The notes below the pieces were generated by a model. That model made no database searches. It saw nothing but the letters and a program-made list of their open reading frames with translations, and was not told where the DNA came from. 64,000 bases of DNA from Solirubrobacterales bacterium (GTDB lineage Bacteria > Actinomycetota > Thermoleophilia > Solirubrobacterales > JACPNS01), in contig JASGFX010000011.1 in NCBI GenBank assembly GCA_047605325.1, positions 534 through 64,533 of the forward strand, written 5' to 3'. Position numbers and translations under genes: made by a program. Positions 12,070 to 19,865 of this stretch are shown here, one piece after another (the first letter of the stretch is position 1; each line of letters begins with the position of its first letter).

Positions 12070-15000
12070 GCGCCCGTTCGTGACGGTCATCGTCAGGTTC
12101 GGGTTGGCCGCCGGGGCGCCGCTGGTCACGCTGGCGCTGAAGCTCGGGGCGAAGCTGACCGTGCGGCAGTTCGTGTTCGTGTTGAACGAACTCGAGCTGG
12201 TCGCGGTGGTCGTCGGGTTCGTGTACGCGTACATCGTCGCCGTGATCGTGTTCGTCGCCGCGCAGGTCGTCGGCGTGATCAGCAGCGCCTTGCTGCCGGA
12301 GTTGAGCACGACGCTCAGCGCCGTCCAGGCGATGTCGGGCATGTTGTCGAAGTCGACCGTCAGCGCACCGGTGCCGCCGTCGACCTTGCCGGTTGCGCCG
12401 GAGGGCACGTTGCTGTCACCGTCGAGGCGCACGACACCGCGGGCCACAACGGTCTGACCCGGGATGTTGATCAGCACCGCGACACGGAAGCGCGTGGCCG
12501 CGTTGCCCGAGGGGTCCGGAGTCTCGAGGTAGACCTTGCCGGTGAACGGTCCGCCGGAGATCAGCGGAGTGGTCAGCGAGACGGTGCCGAACTGCGTGGC
12601 GCCGGCAGTGGAGCAGAGATCGCTGCTCGGGGTGGAGTTGTTGATGTTCGCCGTCGAGCAGGTGGCGGCGCTGCCGAGGTTGCCGACCGCCGGGTTGACT
12701 GTGGTGCCCGCCGGGAAGGTGAGCTTGAGCTCCTTCATCGTCGAGTTGCCGGCCGCGTTGGTCACCGCCGTGGTCAGGCCGATCGGAGCCTGGTTCTGCG
12801 GCGCTGCCGGGCTCGTCGTCATCGTGGCCGTCGGCGCGGTGGCTCCGAAGGTCGTACCGGTGCATGTGCCGGTCGTGAAGCTGGCGCTGCCGTTCGCGGT
12901 GGTGCCGAGCGCCGACGTCATCGTGACGTTGGTCGTCTTGGCCGTGTTGCACTGACTCGGGTTGGTCAGGAAGTTCGCGCTGTTGCCGGGGGCGACTCCG
13001 TTGATCGTCACCTTGAGCTGGCGGTACCGGACCTTGACACCCTCGTAACGACCCGGCAGCGTGACCGAGGCGTTGAGGCCGTACGGGTCAGCATCAGAGG
13101 CGCCGCGCATCGAGACGTCGACCGGGAGGGTCATCGAACCGAGGTTGTACGGGCCGAGCACGACCGGGACGATCGCGGTCAGCTTGGCCGGGGCGGTCGC
13201 CGGGGCGACGGTGTTGTAGAGCTTGCCGGTGAGAGTCGCGAGACCGACCGTCGGGGTCGCGATCAGCGCTGAGCCGACCGATGCGGTGACGGTTCCGACC
13301 TGGGTGTTGGCCGGGCAGTTGGCCGCGTCAGCCAACGCCTGCGTGCAGGTCGGGACGTTTGCGGGAGCGCCGGTCAGGCCGGATGGCAGCTTGAAGGTCG
13401 CGCCGGCGAGCTGCTGGTTGACCTCCGGACGGTCGACCTGGAGCGTGAGATCGGGGTGCGCGTTCGGGGTCGTGGTCGAGACGGTCTGGCTGAACGTCGG
13501 CGCCCAAGCGCCGCCGCCGTTGGCGGTGGTCGTGTAGCTGGAGGTGGCCGACGCCGTGTTCGGCGTCGCGGAGGTGTTCGTCGCGGTGAACGCCGCGTTG
13601 AACTGCTGCGAGGCGCCAGAGATCTCGGAGTTCACGAACATGCGCGGACTCTGGTTGAAGTTGAGCGACATCGACGAGTAGGCGACGTCGGGCAGTCCGG
13701 TGAAGGTCGCGACGATCTGGCCGGTCGAGACCTCAGAAGTCGAGCCGAGTCCGCCAGTCACGCCGCCTGCGGTCGAACCGGAGACGGTCGCTCCGCCGCG
13801 CACGATCACGAGACCGCCCGGCATGTTCAGGTACATCACGAACTTGTAGCGATCGGCCGTGCCCGAGCCGGGCTGCTCGAGATAGACCGAGCCCGTGACC
13901 GCGGTCGGCAGCAGCGGTGTGTTCACGGTCACATCGGCAACCTTCGAAGCGACCGCCGCACATGTGTTGGTCGTGTTGTTGAGGTCGTTGGTGACGTTGG
14001 CCGTCGGGCAGGCGGTGGCGCCGTTGGCGAAGCCGGGGTTGATCTCGAGACCGGCTGGCATCGTCACGGTGACGGCGTTGATCGTCGACTGTTGGACCGT
14101 CGTGCCGGTGACACCCGACTCGGTCTGAGCCTGGTTGACCGTCACGTTCAGCCCGGTCGGCTGGGCGGCCACCGTGGTTTCCGGAGTGACCGTCACGGTC
14201 GGCGAGAAGCCCTGGGCAGCGCATCCGCTCGTCGTCTGGTCAGTGTCGGACGGCGTCATCGTCGAAACGGTGCCGCTGCCGGGCGTGTTGCCCGAGAGAT
14301 CACCGTTCGAGGTGATCGAACTGTTGAAGTTGAGGACCTGATTGCACTTGGACGGGTTGATCAGGAAGGGCTTGCCGTTGACGTAACCGTTGAGTCGCAG
14401 GTTGATCGACTTGTAGGCGATCGGCACGCCGAGAATCGACTGCTGGAGTCCCAGTGTCGAAGCGCGCAGGCGGAAGGTCGACGCCGAAGGAAGCGTCATG
14501 TGCGTGATGTTCACGACGTTGCCGAGGTTGAACGGACCGACCACGGCCGGCGTGATGATCGCCAAGCGCGCAGTGTCGCCGGAATCTGGCTCGGCCATGT
14601 AGACCGTTCCGCCCAGCGTCGCGGGGCTCGAACCGGTCCCGGCCACGACCGTGACCGTTCCGACCGCGGCGGCGGCCGGGCAGCCGTTGGCCTGAATCGT
14701 CGCGAGGTTGCCGGTACAGCGATTTGCCGCGTCGATCACCTTGACGGAGCCGGCCATGCCGGTCGGAAGGTCGACCACGAAGTCGCGGATGTTGTCCTGG
14801 CGGTCGCCACGGGTGACCGTGAGGTCGAGTCGCGGGGACTTGCCGACGCCGGTCTCCGGCGTCGTGGCGGTCGCGTCGGACATGCTCGTGAGATTCGCGG
14901 AGAAACCAGGGTTGAAAGCGCTGAACGCGCAGGTCGCGTCGCCGGATTCGCTGATGGTGCGGCGCTGGCCGTTGGCGACAGACGCCGTCGGGCTGAGCGC

Positions 15001-16581
15001 ACCCTGTCCGGTCGTGGTCCACGGAGTCAGCGTGATGCCGAAGTCCGCGGTCGTGGTGCAGACGTTCGGGTTGAGCAGCAGCTGCTGCGCGGCGTTCGGA
15101 CTCGATACCGGGCCCGATGAAGGCGTGCCGACACCGGTCGATGCGGAGTTGAAGTCGAGGATGAACGATCGATAGTTGAACTGCGGCAGGCCGGCGCCGG
15201 CGTTGTCGAAGCTCACGACGACATTTCCGGTCGTCGAGTTGACGGTCGCGGTTCCCTGGAACTTCGTCGCAGTCGCGCCACGCGCGGCATAAACGTAGAG
15301 GCGGTACTTGCCGGCCGCTTCGTCACCAGTCTGAGGCTGCCCGAGATAGAGCTTTCCGACAAGGTTGTCGGTGAACTCAGGTGCATCGACCGCGACCGTT
15401 CCGATCTCGCTACTGCTCGGACAAGTCGGCGCGTTGCCGCTCGTTGTCATACCGGCCACCGGCATCAAGAACTGAGCCTCGGTGCAGCCGGTTGAGCCGA
15501 GGCGCGTCGCCACGCCCGGGTTGATCTTGTAGCCCGACGGCAGAGTCATCGCGAAGACCTTCGCGTAAGCGCCCTGCGCGACGTTGGTTGTCGGGACGGT
15601 GTTCGTCAGCGTTGCACGGATTCCGACCGGGGCTCCGGCCTCGTCGGTCGTCGTCGACATCGAGAACCCGAGGTTCAGCGCGGGGTAGCTCGCGCAGTTG
15701 GGTGTGCTGGTACCAGTCCCCGCACGCGAATCCAGCGTGCCGTCAACCGGGTGGACGTCGGCGGTCGGGCTGGCGTTGGAGTCGTAGCCCATCGTGTACG
15801 CCGTCGTGTTCCAAGCATCACAGCGCGTCGGGTTGGTCAGGAACGGCTTGCCGCTGGGCGCGATGCCGTTGATCGTCTGGCTGATCGTCTTGACACGGAT
15901 GCTCGCGGTGCCGCCCAGCGCACCGGTGTACTGGGTGCGCGGAAGCGTGTCCAGAATCTCGAGGCGCAGACCGTTGTCCCAAGGTCGCAGCGTGATCTTC
16001 GCCGTCATGTCCATCGACTGCGTACCGGCCAGTGAACATGCGCCGAGGGCGCCTCCGCTCGGCGTACCGCTGACGTGGACGCCGACGTAGGTCGGCACTT
16101 CAGGCGTTGCGGTCGGCCGGTTCTTCAGCAGATAGAGGTTTCCGGTCAGGGTCAGGCCGCACTCGCCGACCCACGCCGATGCGGTCACGCCGACAGAAAT
16201 CGTTCCGATCACACTGCTGGCCGGGCAGGTGCTGTAGCCGTCGGTGTTCGATGCCGGCGAGCCCGCGGTGTAGTCGACGGTGTTGCAGCGGTTGGCCTCG
16301 GTGATCGCGTTCGGATCACCGATCAGTCCGGCAGGCCAGTCGAATGAGAGGCGCTGGATGTCGTCGCCGCTGTCTCCGTTGCCGTTTCCGTCGGCGTAGT
16401 TGAGCGACAGCGATTGCGTGACGTTGCCGTGGGCGCCGGGAGTGTTGGTCGAGTAGGTGGTCGACGTGGTCGGCCAGACGGTCGCGCCTGCGTTCTGCGT
16501 GAAGGCGACCGTAAAAAGGCATGCAGCGGCCAGGGCACTCAGCCAGAGAAGAGCAATTCGCGACGTCCGTGTCACGTTCAT
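12070..16581 (-). CDS. Giant tandem-module secreted protein, N-terminal segment with signal peptide
   Basis: ORF track 11116..16821. The plausible start is ATG 16581 (MNVTRTSRIALLWLSALAAACLFTVAFTQNAGA-TVW), with GGGGG 5 nt upstream. The sequence is protein-like down to ...NPNLTMTVTNGR at about 12070. Beyond that the same frame becomes Arg/Pro/Gln-rich nonsense (RRRLPAQGRLPPAGRLRRQHRQ) until its nominal stop at 11116. Confidence 0.85.
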
Positions 16582-16946
16582 ACGAACCCCCGCGCTTGCG
16601 GAAAGATTCGGTGCTCCTTCAATACAGCTGGCAGCCGGGCCGTCGTGACCCTTGGCACTTGCGTGCATTCTCTGCATCCCCTTGATTTGATTCATGTCCC
16701 CGGTTTCGAAAGCGAATCCGTTCGTCCGAAAATCTGCACCGGACGGTGAAGTACTTGTTTGTGTCGGCGCGAGGCCTCTAACCCTTGAGTAACAACAGGT
16801 TCTTGTCAGCGCGCGGACCACGCACCCTTGCGTCGTCCGGGCAGCTCAGGCGACCCCCCTCCCTGGTGGCCGTATGGTTGAGCCGCGCGATCAGCGCGAA
16901 TCAAGAGTAGCCGTGAGCAGGTCAGCCCACAATGCTGATTTTTCAG

Positions 16947-18023
16947 CTAATTGAAAAGTCCTTCAATCACGCTGGTGAGCGCGGAAACCGAGGGTCTTCC
17001 CTCATCCAGGACGGTGCGCCGGCCGGGCCGCGTGGCCGGTGACCAGGCCACGATTTCGGCCAAACGGGCCGGAGCGATGCCAAATCCGCCCAATGCGGAC
17101 TTCATCCCGACTTCATCCAGGATGGTCTTGACGGCATCGATGTCGCCGCCCTGGAGGGCGGTTGCGACAAGCGTTCCGAAGGCGACCTGCTCGCCATGGG
17201 GGGCCGTTCCAGGCTCCAGCGCGTCCAGCGCGTGGCTGATCAGGTGCTCCGACCCCGAGCAGGGCCGTGACGATCCGGCGATCTCCATCGCGAGGCCGCT
17301 GAGCACGAGTCCGTCGAGCAGTCTTTGCGCCAGATCGAGCGGCAGCTCGCCTGAGCCGAGCGGCGTGAGATCGAGCCCTTCGATCAACAGATGCGCGCAG
17401 GAGCTGAGCAGCGCCGCGAAGTCGTCGACCTGCTCTTCGCCCGATTGCGCGGCGATCCGCCAGTCGATCAGCGCCGTGCGGTTTCCCAACAGGTCGCCGA
17501 CTCCGGCGCGCGCGAAGGCGATCGGCGCAGCCGCGATCGTCGTGAGGTCGGCGAGCACCGCGACGGGCAGCGCCGAGCGTTCGCTCACGACCTCGCCGGT
17601 GGTTTCGCGGATCACGGAGATCGGCGAGGCGATGCCGTCGGCCGAGAGCTGCGTCGGGATCACGATCACCGGTAGCTCGGAGGCAAGCGCCGCGGACTTG
17701 GCGACGTCGATCGGGCGACCGCCGCCGATCGCGATCAATACGTCACGGGCCCGGGCGATCTCGGCGATGCGCGCGACTTCGGCGCGCGAGTTGTCGGTCA
17801 CGACCTCACGCGACGCCGATTCGACCTTCAGGTCGCTGCAGACTGCGGCAGATTGCGAACTGCCCGAGACCAGCAGCGGCGCCGTGGCGCCGAGCGCTTC
17901 GAGCACGCCTGCGAGCTCGGCGGAGAGCTCATCGACGCCCTGCGTCGCGCGCAGGAACTGAGGTAGCTCGATCTGACGCTTCGCGGCGATCGCCCCGATC
18001 AGCTGATCGAAGCCGTCAGACAC
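16947..18023 (-). CDS. sn-glycerol-1-phosphate dehydrogenase family protein (AraM/EgsA-like, iron-ADH/DHQS-like fold)
   Basis: In-frame part of ORF 16947..18269. Motifs: IAIGGGRPIDVAK, IVIPTQLSADGIASP, RAGVGDLLGNRTALIDW, GSSRPCSGSEHLISHALD, PHGEQVAFG. The GTG start at 18023 overlaps the upstream stop by 8 nt (GTGTCTGA). The upstream part of the ORF is Ser/Arg/Thr-rich and looks non-coding. Confidence 0.75.
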   Translation of the reverse strand: MSDGFDQLIGAIAAKRQIELPQFLRATQGVDELSAELAGVLEALGATAPLLVSGSSQSAAVCSDLKVESASREVVTDNSRAEVARIAEIARARDVLIAIGGGRPIDVAKSAALASELPVIVIPTQLSADGIASPISVIRETTGEVVSERSALPVAVLADLTTIAAAPIAFARAGVGDLLGNRTALIDWRIAAQSGEEQVDDFAALLSSCAHLLIEGLDLTPLGSGELPLDLAQRLLDGLVLSGLAMEIAGSSRPCSGSEHLISHALDALEPGTAPHGEQVAFGTLVATALQGGDIDAVKTILDEVGMKSALGGFGIAPARLAEIVAWSPATRPGRRTVLDEGRPSVSALTSVIEGLFN

Positions 18024-18741
18024 GACTCTCGCGCTCCGCGATCGCGGGAGCGATCGTGTTGTCGGCGCGGTCGAGATCGTCGTGATCGTCGATCTCAACC
18101 CACTTCGTGCCGCCGACGCGTTCGATTCGCACGCGGCGCTCTTTCGCGAGTGCTTCGATCGCGTCTTCGTAGTAGACCTGCGTGTTGCCGCCGGAGACGA
18201 ATTCCTCGAGGATCTCGGCAAGGCGCGGGCCGTCAGCCGGATCGATACGGGTGAGGCCGATGTACTCACCGACGGCCCGGTCGAGCGCTATCGACTTGTG
18301 CAGACGGTCGAGGCCGTCGCCGGCCTCGGTCGCCTTCATCGACTCCTCGTCGACTGCGAGCTCGTCGTCGACGAGGATCGCGGTGCCTTCGGTTTGCGCG
18401 AGGCGGCGCGCCAGTTCCGGCTCGAACAGCAGGTCGCAATTGACGATCGTGCAACCCCGTGCGACGACCTCGCGCGCCTGCCACAGCGAGGTGATGTTGT
18501 TCTCGGTGTCCCAGCGCTCGTTGAAGATCGTTTCGACGTCGTAGCCATCAAACGCGTCGGCGGCGTGGCCCGTGATCGCGATGATCCGCTCGAACCCGGC
18601 GGCGCGCAGGTACTCGAGACTGCGATCGACCAGCGGACGTCCACCGGCCTCGACCATCGCCTTGGGTCTGTCGCCGGTCAAATCGCCCAGCCGAGAACCG
18701 CGGCCGGCGGCGAGGTAGATGACAGGAAGCTGATCGCTCAC
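18016..18741 (-). CDS. Nucleotidyltransferase (GxGxRL-type sugar-/alcohol-phosphate nucleotidylyltransferase, LicC/RmlA-like)
   Basis: In-frame part of ORF 18016..18921. Begins VSDQLPVIYLAAGRGSRLGDLTGDRPKAMVEAGGRPL from GTG 18741. The upstream portion of the ORF lies over the palindrome region and looks non-coding. Confidence 0.8.
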   Translation of the reverse strand: MSDQLPVIYLAAGRGSRLGDLTGDRPKAMVEAGGRPLVDRSLEYLRAAGFERIIAITGHAADAFDGYDVETIFNERWDTENNITSLWQAREVVARGCTIVNCDLLFEPELARRLAQTEGTAILVDDELAVDEESMKATEAGDGLDRLHKSIALDRAVGEYIGLTRIDPADGPRLAEILEEFVSGGNTQVYYEDAIEALAKERRVRIERVGGTKWVEIDDHDDLDRADNTIAPAIAERESRV

Positions 18742-18774
18742 GCAACAACCGTACCCGCCACCCCTCCACAGGCT

Positions 18775-18795
18775 TTGCAAGCTTCGAGCTTGCAG
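18775..18795. promoter_or_regulatory. Palindrome copy 1: TTGCAAGC-TTCGA-GCTTGCAG
   Basis: Read directly. It has 8-5-8 inverted-repeat geometry with a 7/8 arm match and lies 34 bp upstream of the nucleotidyltransferase GTG. Confidence 0.5.
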
Positions 18796-18837
18796 GCCGA
18801 AGTTGGCGAGATTTGGCCCTTGTCCATGGGGTTTTCT

Positions 18838-18858
18838 TTGCAAGCCCGAAGCTTGCAA
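18838..18858. promoter_or_regulatory. Palindrome copy 2: TTGCAAGC-CCGAA-GCTTGCAA
   Basis: Perfect 8-bp arms, exactly 63 bp from copy 1. Confidence 0.5.
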
Positions 18859-18900
18859 GAAATTCCCGTTGTTCAAGGGGTTTCTCGCGGCGGGATTCCG

Positions 18901-18921
18901 TTGCAAGCTCGAAGCTTGCAA
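18901..18921. promoter_or_regulatory. Palindrome copy 3: TTGCAAGC-TCGAA-GCTTGCAA
   Basis: Perfect 8-bp arms, exactly 63 bp from copy 2. Its last base is the A of the candidate ATG 18921. Confidence 0.5.
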
Positions 18922-19865
18922 TGAAGGACGTGTTGGTTAGGGTGCGCGGGATGGAGAATGCGGTTACGCGTAAGAACCTTCCAGCGCTTCCCGAACTGAT
19001 CGCTATCTGCGGCGGTGAGGGGACGGCCGGTCGCGACGAGCCACGCGACTTTCGGAGGATCTACGCCCGCGGCGTGCGCAAGCTCTCGATCCGCATCACG
19101 CGCGTGCTGCTCCCGACCGGCATCAGCGCCAACCAGACCACCGTGTTCGGGATCCTCGTCGGCATCGCCGGTGGCCTGCTGCTCGCGATCAACAGCTATT
19201 GGGCGCAGATCCTCGCGATCATCCTGATGCAGCTGGCCTTCGTGCTTGATTTCTGCGACGGCGAGATCGCGCGCTTCGAGCGGCAGATCGAGGGCAAGAG
19301 TTCCGGCGCCGGCGGCGCCTACCTCGACTGGGTCGGGCACTACTACATGCCCGCCGCGATCACGGCGGGCCTCACCTGGGGCGTATTCCGCGAAAACGGC
19401 GACTGGTGGTGGCCGGCACTGGGCCTGATCGTGATCCTTTCACTGGTGCGCGTGCCCTACAGCGCGCGCGACCACATCATGTGGGGCGTCTACCGCGACA
19501 AGCCCGAGCTACGCGGGTCCGACACCATGGTGCGCGCAGCGCTTGCGCGGATGGGCGGCGACCCCGACGCGCTGAACCTGGAAGCCCAGGGCGCCGAGGC
19601 GATGGCCGGCTCCGAGGGCCGCGGATTGCTCTGGAGCCGGTACACCAACTTCGGCCAGTTGATCGTCTTCCCAGGCTTCATCAACCTAGTCGCGGCGGCG
19701 AGCATCATCGACATGCTGATCAGCGCGTTCTCCGCACCGAGCTACTTCGAGGTATCGAGCGTCTGGGCGCGCGGCGCGGTGCTGGCCCTACTCGGGGCCG
19801 TGCACTTCCTGCACCAGATCCGGGCGATCGCCCAGGGATTTCGAATCACGCGCGCGCTGCAATAG
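18921..19865 (+). CDS. CDP-alcohol phosphatidyltransferase family membrane protein (atypical motif)
   Basis: In-frame part of ORF 18813..19865. Motif LDFCDGEIARF (D-x2-DG-x2-AR) is followed by ...GAYLDWVGH, where the terminal Asp position is His. Several hydrophobic segments are present. The start could be ATG 18921 or ATG 18951 (MENAV). Confidence 0.75.
   Translation: MKDVLVRVRGMENAVTRKNLPALPELIAICGGEGTAGRDEPRDFRRIYARGVRKLSIRITRVLLPTGISANQTTVFGILVGIAGGLLLAINSYWAQILAIILMQLAFVLDFCDGEIARFERQIEGKSSGAGGAYLDWVGHYYMPAAITAGLTWGVFRENGDWWWPALGLIVILSLVRVPYSARDHIMWGVYRDKPELRGSDTMVRAALARMGGDPDALNLEAQGAEAMAGSEGRGLLWSRYTNFGQLIVFPGFINLVAAASIIDMLISAFSAPSYFEVSSVWARGAVLALLGAVHFLHQIRAIAQGFRITRALQ

Larger units (their letters stand above)
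1..15300 (-). repeat. Tandem coding modules of ~1.26-1.38 kb, at least 11-12 diverged copies
   Basis: The conserved antisense motif for RYEG(I/V/M) recurs at 1174, 2551, 3850, 5161, 6487, 7780, 9043, 10386, 11718 and 13036. Degenerate versions lie near 14410 and 15900. A second motif (antisense GAGGTCCGG = PDL of IPDLxF) recurs at about 470, 1852, 3196, 4490, 5794, 7111, 8387, 9690, 11016, 12331 and 13684. Confidence 0.85.

Noticed and set aside
9670-12080. Programmed ribosomal frameshifting as the explanation for the two frame changes in the giant gene.
   Set aside because: Neither site has a slippery heptamer (X XXY YYZ) or an RF2-type CUU UGA C context with an upstream Shine-Dalgarno. The 9676-9685 site is a plain 5-bp duplication. 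Mutation or assembly error is more parsimonious.
1-16581. Regular ~1.3-kb periodicity as a possible CRISPR array, satellite or mobile-element array.
   Set aside because: The period is far too long for CRISPR. The copies are diverged, lie in one continuous coding frame with strong GC3 bias, and encode a conserved protein module. No cas genes or transposases are present.
19788-19865. The 78-bp convergent overlap between the CDP-alcohol transferase and flippase 3' ends, and the 13-bp ddl/VKOR overlap at 48636-48648, as possible antisense regulation.
   Set aside because: Convergent 3' overlaps of this size occur by chance in compact GC-rich genomes where stop codons are rare. There is no additional structure to support a regulatory role.
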